In this document: piece after piece, positions 9,968 through 19,165 of the stretch
How positions within the stretch are numbered: position 1 is the first letter of the stretch
Layout of the letters: every line of letters starts with the position of its first letter
Assembly: GCA_965205865.1 (NCBI GenBank)
Contig: CBDBHR010000030.1
Span: 1,152,001 to 1,216,000 of the forward strand
Reading direction: 5' to 3'
Source: a bacterium
Lineage (GTDB): Bacteria > SAR324 > NAC60-12
DNA: 64,000 bases
Notes under the pieces: model-generated
The model's database searches: none
Told to the model about the DNA's origin: nothing
Seen by the model: only the letters and a program-made list of their open reading frames with translations
Translations under genes and position numbers: made by a program

Positions 9968-10240
9968 TCATTTTGACGGAACCTGCGCATGTATCGGTCC
10001 TGGCGCCTCAGCATGTTCGCTGGTAATCAGTTACCCTTAGGAATGAAATTTAAATAAGTTAGAAGTATGGATACGCAAAATTAGGGTACACGTAACAGCA
10101 GGCATAAAACAGTAGAGTTGGGATGCGCAGCGGTGTACATGTCCCCCAATTTTGCTCACACCATTGGAAGAATTACAGGTTATTTAAGGTTTGTTCCTTA
10201 GGCTCCTTGAATGTCCTGTCCTTTTGAGGATCTCATCACC
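9968..10240 (-). pseudogene. Degenerate duplicate of the rlmN 3' end, interrupted by a MITE
   Basis: Translates as MRSSKGQDIQGA*G*LITSEHAEAPGPIHAQVPSK*, against RlmN LRISKGQDIQGACGQLITREPAEVPRPPLVQVPAK*. Confidence 0.85.
10040..10197. mobile_element. 158-bp MITE with GG...CC ends and TTA target duplication
   Basis: Imperfect TIR GGAATGAAATTTAAATAA / TTATTTAAGGTTTGTTCC with TTA on both sides. Removing it restores colinearity with rlmN. Confidence 0.7.
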
Positions 10241-10793
10241 ACTGCCAGGAGTTTGAAGTTCCGGAAACAACGTGATTGTGGGGATAGCAGGACGCTGATC
10301 AATAAAGGTTTCGATTTGGCTGGCATGGGAGTGGATATTAATGAACCACCCATAAATACCAACGATAGCTGCTTTTGCCTTCGAGGCTTTCAAAAACCAT
10401 CCAACGCGTTTCGTCAGCATGCCGGTGGGTGTCGTTTAATTGTTTTTTAACCATTACTACGCAGAGGGGTAACAGAAGAGGTAATAAACTTTTAAACCAT
10501 CGGTGAGAGTTCCTTGAGAGAGAAAAAGACTTCGAGCTTCCCATTGACGAATAAAGCGATAAGTCGGTTGGTGAGACCAATATTTGCTCAGAATCTCCTC
10601 CACCCAGACCGAGATCCCCAATTTGGCTTTGGGAAGCAGTTTAGACGCGGGTGGCGCTGTGATGATCGTTGGGGTGGAAGGACAGTGACAGGTTCTCTGG
10701 TAGCGCTTACGGCGAAATTTTTTCACATGGGCGGTCACCTTCTGCTGTCTTGGGGAGAGAAAACATACAATCGGCAATAAAAACTTCAATGGG

Positions 10794-11225
10794 TTAACCG
10801 GGCAGAATGTCTCTTTCTTCTGCCTCGGAACTATCGGAATAAACCGCTTGTTGGATGATGCGGCTGGTGATTTCATCCAGATGGGAAACCAACGCTTCGG
10901 ATAAGTCCAAAAAGGCCGGCCAGAGAGTTTGATCCACAAATGATTTCGATATTTGAGTCATCACTGTCGTGTTACGTTGCCCTCGATAACGGTAAGGACG
11001 AAACCCGTATCGTCTCAGCAGAGCAACAAACAAACGCCGCCTCCAGGAGTCGGGAAAGGTGAATTTGTATTCAACAACAGGATCCTGTTGTTGAATCTTG
11101 CGCAATCTTTCCCCGACCCGTCGCAGAGCTTCTTCGGCGGCAAGGCGTTCCCCTTTTGTGGTGGCTCCTTCATAGAGTCGCTCAATGCTTTTGAGCTTTT
11201 CAATCAGAGAAGTTTCTGAAGACAT
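10794..11225 (-). CDS. Hypothetical protein (143 aa)
   Basis: Clean ATG ORF with a protein-like helical N-terminus (IEKLKSIERLYEGATTKGERLAAEEAL). Confidence 0.7.
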   Translation of the reverse strand: MSSETSLIEKLKSIERLYEGATTKGERLAAEEALRRVGERLRKIQQQDPVVEYKFTFPDSWRRRLFVALLRRYGFRPYRYRGQRNTTVMTQISKSFVDQTLWPAFLDLSEALVSHLDEITSRIIQQAVYSDSSEAEERDILPG

Positions 11226-11419
11226 GAGGCATCTTTAAGGTAAAAAACTGACAAAAAAGAAAACACTGCAAGTACTCTAAGCAGGATGTGGAGCATTAGA
11301 AAGAAAAAAACGGGGTTAAGCGAATATTTACACGTGACACTGGTTAAAGTTAATATTTTCAAACAGTTGACAGCAAAGAAGTTTTGTGTCTCGGCGCACG
11401 GCCCAGACTTGATCTCGAC

Positions 11420-11514
11420 ATAACGATGACCTGCGCAATGCGCTTGCGATCCGGTTGTGGAATCCGCGCCAACACTCTGTCCTCGCTGCGCTTAATCCGG
11501 ATCGATTAGTTCAT
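11420..11514 (-). pseudogene. RelE/ParE-like toxin remnant
   Basis: MN*SIRIKRSEDRVLARIPQPDRKRIAQVI overlaps the antitoxin 3' end, has a stop at codon 3 and is truncated. Confidence 0.65.
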
Positions 11515-11713
11515 GTCTTACTTGGTTCCAGTCGAGTACCGGGTCGGTCGGGTCGCGAAGCCGTTCCTGGCTTACAGTAAGGTCTTCAAAATCCTCCAAG
11601 TATCGTTCCAACGCATGGCGAACGATTTCGGCACGGCTGAGCTCGAGTTCCGCCGCCGCCGTATCCAACTCTTCCAACAGCGTATCGGGGACTTGCGCAG
11701 TGATTTGGCTCAT
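11492..11713 (-). CDS. RHH/CopG-family antitoxin-like protein, copy 2
   Basis: MSQITAQVPDTLLEELD...LSRAEIVRHALERYLED fits an RHH pattern; AAGGAG RBS. Confidence 0.85.
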   Translation of the reverse strand: MSQITAQVPDTLLEELDTAAAELELSRAEIVRHALERYLEDFEDLTVSQERLRDPTDPVLDWNQVRHELIDPD

Positions 11714-11772
11714 GATGAACTCCTTTTGGACGGATTCGATCTTGATGATACCTTCGGTTGCCTCGTAATTTA

Positions 11773-11981
11773 ACCAGAGTCGAGATAAGAATTTAATAAA
11801 TTCAATATGTTATGAAATCTTCATATCTTAGAGAAAGCTTGTCATTCCTGCGAGATCCCTGCGTACGCAGGGAAGGAATCCAGAGATATGCAGCCAGACT
11901 GAAATCTGGATCCCCGCTTTCGCGAGGATGACATAGACACTAGGATACTCATATTATTGAAGATCTATGTCGAACTCAGGT
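11773..11981. mobile_element. 209-bp MITE (ACC-GAGT-CGA ends, IS982-like) containing a GTCATTCC...GGATGAC palindrome
   Basis: 7-bp TSD TAATTTA at 11766-11772 and 11982-11988. The empty site is visible in the paralogous copy near 9898, and a second copy lies at 26165. Confidence 0.88.
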
Positions 11982-12052
11982 TAATTTATCATGTTTGCCT
12001 TACCCGACGCAACTGTGCCGGAGTTTGCGGCAATGCTTCTTCTTTCAAGGGT

Positions 12053-13165
12053 TCATTTTGCCGGAACCTGAACAAGCGGCGGTCTCGGTACTTCAGCGGG
12101 TTCTCTGGTAATCAGTTGTCCACAGGCCCCTTGAATGTCCTGTCCTTTGGAAATTCTCAGGGTGGCGGTGACTCCGTGATTGTACAGGTAGCTCTGAAAA
12201 GTCCGGATACTTTCCCAAGAAGGGCGTTTGTATTTGCTGCCGGGAGATTCGTTGTAGGGGATAAGGTTGATTTTGAATTTCAAGCCATGCAGGAGTCGAA
12301 TCAGCCGTTTGGCGTCGGCAACGTCGTCAGTGAGATTTTGGATCAGAATATATTCAAATGTGATCCGTTTTCGTGATTCGAGAGGATAGGCCAGACAACC
12401 GGCCAGCAATTTTTTCAGATCGTAGGTTTTGTTGACTGGCATCAGTTGCGTGCGCAGGGTATCATTGACCCCATTGAGCGATACTGCCAGATTGGCTTTC
12501 ACCGATTCCTGACCGAAACGGATGATTTGAGGCACCAAACCCGAAGTGGACACCGTGACCCGTCTGGAAGAAAAATTGAATCCCACGTCGGCCAGCATGA
12601 TTTCCAGGGACGAGATGAGGTTCTCGTAGTTATGAAAAGGTTCTCCCATGCCCATGAAGACCACGTTGCGCACCCCTTCTCCATGCGGTAAATCTTTCCA
12701 TGATTCCAGAATCTGATCAATGATCTCTCCCGGAGTGAGATTGCGGATCCATCCCATTTTTGCAGTCATGCAGAAATCACAGCCCATCGCGCATCCCACC
12801 TGTGAAGAAACACAGACCGTATAGTGGTCCCGGTGCGGCATGAGCACCGATTCGATACATTGTCCATCCTGCAAGGCGAAGGAATATTTGATCGAGCCGT
12901 CTTCAGAGTGCGCCTGCTGCGCTCGAATGAGACGGCTGATGAAAAAATGGCGTTCCAGTCTCTCCCGTAAGTCCTTGGACATATTGGTCATTTCTCCAAA
13001 ATCTTCCACCCGTTTTTGATAAAGCCAATGGAAGATCTGTCTGGCGCGAAATGGCTTTTCGTCATGTGAGACAAACCACTCGGTCAATGCCGGCAGCGTA
13101 TAGTCTTTGATATTTTTTCGTGTGGTTTCCATAAGAGGATATTTGGTTTTTGCGATAACCGGCAA
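12053..13165 (-). CDS. rlmN: 23S rRNA/tRNA m2A methyltransferase RlmN
   Basis: CVSSQVGCAMGCDFC, FMGMGEP and GACGQL. The start is probably at METTRK. Confidence 0.96.
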   Translation of the reverse strand: MPVIAKTKYPLMETTRKNIKDYTLPALTEWFVSHDEKPFRARQIFHWLYQKRVEDFGEMTNMSKDLRERLERHFFISRLIRAQQAHSEDGSIKYSFALQDGQCIESVLMPHRDHYTVCVSSQVGCAMGCDFCMTAKMGWIRNLTPGEIIDQILESWKDLPHGEGVRNVVFMGMGEPFHNYENLISSLEIMLADVGFNFSSRRVTVSTSGLVPQIIRFGQESVKANLAVSLNGVNDTLRTQLMPVNKTYDLKKLLAGCLAYPLESRKRITFEYILIQNLTDDVADAKRLIRLLHGLKFKINLIPYNESPGSKYKRPSWESIRTFQSYLYNHGVTATLRISKGQDIQGACGQLITREPAEVPRPPLVQVPAK

Positions 13166-13180
13166 TAGGGACCGGAAAGG

Positions 13181-14356
13181 TCAGGCGGTAGAGGGGCGGG
13201 CCTCGAATCGCCGGATCACTAAAAGCAGCAGCATGATTGCCAGGACCGGCAGCGCGAGCATATTCAACCAGTTCCACCCTGCCAGATAAATAAGAGTACC
13301 GGCAGAGAGAGAGGCCAGGGCCTGAATGCCGAAAACCGTAAATTCGTTGAATGCCTGGGCTTTGAAGCGTTCAGCCGGGCGATAATTTCGAGTCAGCAAA
13401 ATGGTACCTCCCACGAATAAAAAATTCCAGCCCACTCCCAGCAAGACCAACGCCCCCCAATAGTGTAATAAGTGCGCATGCGGAAGTGCAATACCCACGC
13501 AAACGAAGAGGAGCATCACTCCGGCAATCATCACTTGAAACAGGCCGAATCGCTGTACCAGGTATCCGGTGAACAAGGAAGGGAGGTACATGGCGATCAC
13601 GTGGCTTTGAATCACCCATGCCGTCTCATCGAGTGAATAACCATCCATGATATGCATGCTGATCGGCGTCGCCGTCATGATCAGACTCATGACGGCATAT
13701 CCCACCACTCCTGCCAGAATGGCGGTGTAATAAAGAGGTTGTATCAAAATAACAGGCAGGGGTCGCTCTTCTCCTTCGGCATCACTTTCTTTGGGTTTGA
13801 TATCTCGGAGGAAGAAAAGCAGCAATGCGGTCAGGAAATAAAGGAAAGACAAACTGATAAAAGAGCCTGCATATAGTTTGAATTCCCATAGATCTTTGGC
13901 GCGTTTTGCCACTTCGGGCCCCAAATATCCTCCCAGGATGCCTCCCACCAGGACCAATGAAATAGCCCTGCCTGCCTGAGAAGAATCCACGCTTTCCGCC
14001 GCGGCAAAACGGTATTGTTGTACAAAAGCCGTATTGCCACCTATGAAAAGAATGGCGGCGCAAAACAAAACAAAACTCTCTGTTTGAATCGCATATGCCG
14101 CTCCCAGCGAAGCAATGGCGGCAATGCCGATTGCGATCATAAAACCCAAACGGCGCCCGATACGCTTCATCAACAAAGACGCCGGAATGGTGAACAACGC
14201 CACTCCGATAATCATCAGAGCAATCGGCAAAGTCGCCCAAGAAGGATAAGGGGCCAAATCCGCTCCAATGATGCCACCTAAAAAAATCACCATGGGAGCT
14301 CCGCACATTCCCAATGCCTGACTGAAACCGAGAACGATTATATTTCGATTGAGCAA
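13181..14356 (-). CDS. MFS transporter
   Basis: About 12 hydrophobic segments and a KRIGRR loop. Confidence 0.88.
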   Translation of the reverse strand: MLNRNIIVLGFSQALGMCGAPMVIFLGGIIGADLAPYPSWATLPIALMIIGVALFTIPASLLMKRIGRRLGFMIAIGIAAIASLGAAYAIQTESFVLFCAAILFIGGNTAFVQQYRFAAAESVDSSQAGRAISLVLVGGILGGYLGPEVAKRAKDLWEFKLYAGSFISLSFLYFLTALLLFFLRDIKPKESDAEGEERPLPVILIQPLYYTAILAGVVGYAVMSLIMTATPISMHIMDGYSLDETAWVIQSHVIAMYLPSLFTGYLVQRFGLFQVMIAGVMLLFVCVGIALPHAHLLHYWGALVLLGVGWNFLFVGGTILLTRNYRPAERFKAQAFNEFTVFGIQALASLSAGTLIYLAGWNWLNMLALPVLAIMLLLLVIRRFEARPSTA

Positions 14357-14374
14357 AATTTCTCTTCGAGTTTT

Positions 14375-15868
14375 CTATTGAATTGAATGGTTTTCCGGAG
14401 ATACTACGAATCCGCTCTCTTTTTTATGAATGACCCGGGGGAACCAGTGCGCAATGGAATTGGCATAGTAAGACAAGATTTCCAAGGCGTCGGGGGCCAT
14501 TTGGTAGAGATCGTCGAATTGATCGATCAAATGTCGGATATGCAGCATTTTCAATGCGTTTGCAATGGTATATTCCTCGGATTTTCTGGGAAATGAAATC
14601 TTGGCGTCCCGGACCGCCAATTCTTCGATCAATTGATAAACCAGGGCGTGGATCTCGACTATTGAGAATCGGCTGTGCGGATTCCGCACAAAGAGGGTGG
14701 AGAGCAATGAAACCGGAAGAATCGGAATGATCTGTTCGATTTCAGCAAGCAGCTGCTGCGCCAGGATTTCAACCCGGGCAAAGCGATCGGCCCGCTCGAG
14801 TCGACTGAAATCGATGCCCTGTTGCAAGCAATAGGCTTTGGCAGAAACGGGGATGCCAAAATTGACACAGGCGAATCCTAAGCGTCGCCAACGGTGTCGC
14901 GCCATCAGCATCAGGTTATGCCAAACGAAGCCCAGAATGGTTTTCATGACAAATATCTTGTTTCTCTTGACTGCATGGGAATCGAGTTGTCGCAACAGGC
15001 TGCGGTCTTCCAGGGTGCGATCATAATTGACGCCAATGGGAACAAAGACGACATCCCGATCCTGCGCAGGGTCGAATCCACGCAGCATGTAATCGAGAAA
15101 CCCCAATTTTGGTGGGCAAAGTCTGCCATCCTTGCTCAGACCGCCTTCGATAAAAACAGCCTGACACACCCCTTCCCGAGTAGCCATGTGCACGTAGCGC
15201 TCCAGCACTCGCCGGTAAAGTTTGTTTCTGGAGTTGCGGCGTACAAAAAAAGCGCCGGTGGCTTTGATGAGAGTTTGCAACGCCCAGATGCGTGCCCACT
15301 CTCCCACTGCATAAGAAAGGGCGGTGCGTTCCGCCGTCAGGAAAGAGACCAGAATATAATCCATGTTGCTGCGATGATTCATCACAAAAACCACCGTACT
15401 TTGCGGATCAATGGAGGCAATCTGTTGTTCCTCGACAAAACCGACCCGCACACGATAAAACATGCGCGCCACTTTCTTGGCAACCCAGTATCCCGTTCGA
15501 AAATATATATATGCGTTGAATGCGGGGACGATTTCGTCCGCATAATTCAAAACCTTGGCTTGGGCCATCTCCCTGGGAATTTGCTGCTCGGAGGCGTGTT
15601 CTTGAATCGCCTCGATCACTTTGCCATCATAAACCAGGCGATCGATGAGCACCTGTCGTTTTGTCAGTTGAAAGGGCTTGATTTCAATGGCAAGCAAGTT
15701 ATTGATTTCATCCAGCACCTGATTGACTCGTCTGCGCAAAAACCAGCGGACGCTGGGGAAGAGAATCCGGCTCAACAGCGCCCATCCCGTCACAGCCAGC
15801 AGGAGGACAAAGAGCCAGAGTGGCATGTTGATAGTGGCGTTCATCGTTGAAGTTCCTGCGCAACCCAT
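14375..15868 (-). CDS. Glycerol-3-phosphate/lysophospholipid acyltransferase (PlsB-like)
   Basis: NHRSNMD (HxxxxD), FVRR and FIEGGLS motifs. Confidence 0.85.
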   Translation of the reverse strand: MGCAGTSTMNATINMPLWLFVLLLAVTGWALLSRILFPSVRWFLRRRVNQVLDEINNLLAIEIKPFQLTKRQVLIDRLVYDGKVIEAIQEHASEQQIPREMAQAKVLNYADEIVPAFNAYIYFRTGYWVAKKVARMFYRVRVGFVEEQQIASIDPQSTVVFVMNHRSNMDYILVSFLTAERTALSYAVGEWARIWALQTLIKATGAFFVRRNSRNKLYRRVLERYVHMATREGVCQAVFIEGGLSKDGRLCPPKLGFLDYMLRGFDPAQDRDVVFVPIGVNYDRTLEDRSLLRQLDSHAVKRNKIFVMKTILGFVWHNLMLMARHRWRRLGFACVNFGIPVSAKAYCLQQGIDFSRLERADRFARVEILAQQLLAEIEQIIPILPVSLLSTLFVRNPHSRFSIVEIHALVYQLIEELAVRDAKISFPRKSEEYTIANALKMLHIRHLIDQFDDLYQMAPDALEILSYYANSIAHWFPRVIHKKESGFVVSPENHSIQ

Positions 15869-15932
15869 TCCCCTTTTTTTATAGGGATCCGGGGGATTAA
15901 AAAAAATAACGCGGCGCTACCTGGTAATGATG

Positions 15933-16781
15933 CTAATGCAGGGGCTCATTCAGAGAGCCTGAGCGGAATCCCCCCAAGTCCAAAGTCACATATTGATAAC
16001 CGCAGGCTTTGAAACGTTCTTGAATTTGTTGGTGGTGCCGAAGGGCTATTTCAAATTCTTCCGGTAAAATTTCAATCCGTGCAATGGTATCGTGATGACG
16101 GACCCGACATTGGGTGAATCCCAGTCTCTGCAAAATGATTTCTGCCCGTTCAATCTGATTTAAAAGTGCGCGGGAGACGGCTGTGCCATAAGGAACTCTG
16201 CTGGAAAGGCACGCTGCCTGAGGTTTCTTTGCGTTTTCCATTCCCAGATGGGAGGCTAACTTGCGGATTTCCGCCTTGCTGAATCGACAGTCGGCCAGAG
16301 GCGTTCTTACTCCATATTCACGGGCTGCCAACAGACCGGGGCGGTGATCTCCCAAATCGTCGAGGTTGGTCCCATTGACGACATGATGAAACTTTCCGGC
16401 TTTGGCGATTTTTTCCAAATCCTGGTAAAGCGTGGATTTGCAATAGTAACAGCGATTGACGGTATTTGCCGTATAATGGGAATTTTCCAATTCCTCGGTA
16501 TGGATGATTTTATGAGGAATCTGCCATACAGTCGTCAGCTGCACTGTCAATTCCAGGTCGTCGCGCTTCAAGCTGTCGGACGCGGACGTCACCGCCAATG
16601 CTTTGTCCTTCAAGACATGGCCGGCAACGCGGGCAACCAAAGAGCTGTCCACCCCTCCGGAGAACGCGACAACGACACTCTCCAAATTCCGCATGTAGGC
16701 TTGCAATGCTTCGTATTTGAGGGATAGTTCTCGGGAGAGAACCGAATTTTCCGAATGAGCTGACATAGGAGCTCCTTTCAT
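15933..16781 (-). CDS. larE: LarE-like ATP-dependent sulfur transferase (PP-loop)
   Basis: AFSGGVDS, RCYYCK, DDLGDHRPG, ACLSSR and GFRSGSLN. Confidence 0.88.
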   Translation of the reverse strand: MKGAPMSAHSENSVLSRELSLKYEALQAYMRNLESVVVAFSGGVDSSLVARVAGHVLKDKALAVTSASDSLKRDDLELTVQLTTVWQIPHKIIHTEELENSHYTANTVNRCYYCKSTLYQDLEKIAKAGKFHHVVNGTNLDDLGDHRPGLLAAREYGVRTPLADCRFSKAEIRKLASHLGMENAKKPQAACLSSRVPYGTAVSRALLNQIERAEIILQRLGFTQCRVRHHDTIARIEILPEEFEIALRHHQQIQERFKACGYQYVTLDLGGFRSGSLNEPLH

Positions 16782-18040
16782 ACGAAGGATGGTGAAGCCA
16801 TCGTTTCAGTTCGCCAAAGCGGCGTGTCCATAGAGGAGAAGTCGTAGATTTCGCATCCATTCACCGCAGCGGCTACCAAACCCCCGGCATCGTCAATATT
16901 GGCTTCGGCCTGAATCAACTGGGGAAGAAATGTCCTGGTTGCCGGATTACTTGGTTGAAAAACCGTACAGCAATCCGGAAAATCCTGGATGCTGATCGGA
17001 TATGTGCCGATCGAACGAGAGAGGTGGGTGATTTCGTTTTTGTCCATACCAATCAAAGGGCGCAATACCGGATATCCGGCATTTTCTGTCGTGCTGACCA
17101 AATTGCTCAAAGTCTGACTGGCAACCTGAGAAAGAGCATCTCCCGTTACAAGTGCCTGAGCATTCTCTTTTTTTGCAATTTCATTGGCAATCAAGTTCAT
17201 GAATCGGCGATAGAGGATCGTTCTGAATTTTTCCGGAGTTTGCTTCCTGATGTTTTTTTGAATTTCGGCAAAAGGCGCCACGTAAAGACGACTGGCAGGT
17301 TGGTATGCGCTGAGCCATTTGACCAAATCAATCACTTTTTCCTTCGTTAGATCCCCAATTAGGGGAAAGCTGTGAAAATAGAGAAAAATGACCCGGCATC
17401 CGCGTTTCATGATCATCCAGCAGGCCACCGGGCTATCGATGCCTCCACTGATCAAAGCAATGGCCCGTTCCTGGTCATTGACTGGTAAGCCACCCGTTCC
17501 TTTGATTTTTTCCGTAAAAACCACCCCTTTATTTTCCCAAATTTCTATACCCACGTCAAGCAGAGGATCTTTCAATTTCACTTTCAAGATGGAAAATGCT
17601 TTCAAGAGTGAGGCGCCCACTCGAGATTCCAATTCCATGGAGTCAATGGGAAACTCCTTATTGGCTCGTTTTGCCGACACTCTGAAGGTGACAGGCCTTT
17701 CGGTATATGCTTCTATTTTTTCAGAAACCATCTCCCGGCAGGCGGAAAGTAGCGCTTCCTGATTCAAAGGGACGAGGACCACCGGGCTGAAATTGGCAAT
17801 ACCGGGGATCTTCCGCAAGGTCTCAATCAGCTTCTCGAGGTCGCCATTGCTATGAATTTCGAGACGCCCCAATCTTTTGGTAACCGTGTTTTCCCCCAAG
17901 GATTTCAAGTGTATCCGTATGTTTTCAGCCAGCCGGTTCTCGAAGTGCCGGCGATTTTTACCCTTTATCCCGATTTCAGCATAACGCACGACAATCGAAT
18001 GCATAACAATCCGATATTGTTTAAAAATATGTGAACGCAA
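16778..18040 (-). CDS. thiI: tRNA 4-thiouridine synthase ThiI
   Basis: VRYAEIGIKGKNR, THUMP region, ISGGIDS, QVASQT and DCC. Confidence 0.95.
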   Translation of the reverse strand: MRSHIFKQYRIVMHSIVVRYAEIGIKGKNRRHFENRLAENIRIHLKSLGENTVTKRLGRLEIHSNGDLEKLIETLRKIPGIANFSPVVLVPLNQEALLSACREMVSEKIEAYTERPVTFRVSAKRANKEFPIDSMELESRVGASLLKAFSILKVKLKDPLLDVGIEIWENKGVVFTEKIKGTGGLPVNDQERAIALISGGIDSPVACWMIMKRGCRVIFLYFHSFPLIGDLTKEKVIDLVKWLSAYQPASRLYVAPFAEIQKNIRKQTPEKFRTILYRRFMNLIANEIAKKENAQALVTGDALSQVASQTLSNLVSTTENAGYPVLRPLIGMDKNEITHLSRSIGTYPISIQDFPDCCTVFQPSNPATRTFLPQLIQAEANIDDAGGLVAAAVNGCEIYDFSSMDTPLWRTETMASPSFV

Positions 18041-18143
18041 TTATTGAGAACAGACCCGTCTCCGGTGGGGAAAAGCGAAATTGGACTGACGCACCGTCTT
18101 CAAGACAACGCAAGCTTCCTGATATTGGAGGGTTTGGCTGAAT

Positions 18144-18177
18144 CCCCCTCCCCTGGCCCCTCCCTCAAGGGGAGGGG
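18144..18177 (+). repeat. C/G-rich palindromic repeat CCCCTCCCCYGGCCCCTCCCTCAAGGGGAGGGG, copy 1
   Basis: Same sequence at 18474, 23784, 62990 and 63786. Confidence 0.9.
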
Positions 18178-18211
18178 TAAAAAATGAGACGGCATGCGCA
18201 AGACACGCCTT

Positions 18212-18379
18212 TCACGATTCCTGCTCAATCGCTTTGATATGGTGGCCCTTTTCAGGAAGAAAATTCAGTAGTTGGGCTCCAAGCCCAATGAAGATATACG
18301 TCATCACTATTCCCGGAACAGTGGCGATCACAAAAATCCAGGGAAAAAGGAACAGGTAAAAAACAGCTTCCGGCATCAT
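18212..18379 (-). CDS. Small putative membrane protein (55 aa, below the ORF-track cutoff)
   Basis: MMPEAVFYLFLFPWIFVIATVPGIVMTYIFIGLGAQLLNFLPEKGHHIKAIEQES; co-oriented with its neighbours. Confidence 0.5.
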   Translation of the reverse strand: MMPEAVFYLFLFPWIFVIATVPGIVMTYIFIGLGAQLLNFLPEKGHHIKAIEQES

Positions 18380-18473
18380 AATCGATTCTCAATAAATAAT
18401 TTCATTGACATGTTGGATTGTACTTGAATAACATATCCTTTCCCTAATCTCAACCCTGATTCAAGTTGAATTA

Positions 18474-18506
18474 CCCCTCCCCTTGAGGGAGGGGCCAGGG
18501 GAGGGG
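18474..18506 (-). repeat. C/G-rich palindromic repeat, copy 2
   Basis: Reverse complement of copy 1, just after the LON-domain gene stop. Confidence 0.9.
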
Positions 18507-18510
18507 TAAT

Positions 18511-19137
18511 TCAGTTGATGGTTCCGACATCGCCTTCCATTCCAGGTGAATAAGCCATCTGCAAAAGGGCAATCAAATCCTGCCATCGGGTCGAGATATC
18601 ACGAGACTCCAGCAAGGTTTGCTTTTCCAAAAAATTGAATTCCAGGTTCATGGACAGGATGTTGACCAGGTGGTGAATGGGGATCATTTCGATCTTTTCC
18701 CAGTCAATGCGCATATTTCGTTGTTCCAAGTAATTTTGGAACGCTTCGTAAAGCGGTTTTTTGTCCAACACGGGGTCTCCTTCCTTGAAATCGTGGAGGA
18801 AACCGGAATAGACCACTTTTGCTTTGCGATAAAGGGCTTCTGTTTGAAGCTCTTCTTCGATTTGAAAACGCACTTCTCCCTGCAAACGGATCAAATAGTT
18901 GCCATTGGGGAGTTGACGGTGGTGTTCCATCTGACCCAGGCAGCCGATTTTGTAAAGTTTCTCCGTATTCATATTGACGGGTTGGATCATCCCGATATAA
19001 GGGTTTTCGTCAATACAATTTTCGACCATTTGACGGTACCTGGGCTCGAAAATGTGAAGCGGCAGGATATTACCAGGCAGTAAGATGGTGCCCATTAAGG
19101 GGAAAAGAGCAATGGTGTCAGGAAAGTCATCAGTCAT
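18511..19137 (-). CDS. Stand-alone LON substrate-binding domain protein
   Basis: LFPL...LLPG..LPLHIFEPRYRQMV. Confidence 0.9.
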   Translation of the reverse strand: MTDDFPDTIALFPLMGTILLPGNILPLHIFEPRYRQMVENCIDENPYIGMIQPVNMNTEKLYKIGCLGQMEHHRQLPNGNYLIRLQGEVRFQIEEELQTEALYRKAKVVYSGFLHDFKEGDPVLDKKPLYEAFQNYLEQRNMRIDWEKIEMIPIHHLVNILSMNLEFNFLEKQTLLESRDISTRWQDLIALLQMAYSPGMEGDVGTIN

Positions 19138-19165
19138 CAGTCACGCGTTATGGCAATAGGGTGCT

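Noticed and set aside
10250-10790. Short ORFs, including an LNDTHRHADE stretch reminiscent of RlmN
   Set aside because: No sustained alignment to rlmN beyond about 10240.
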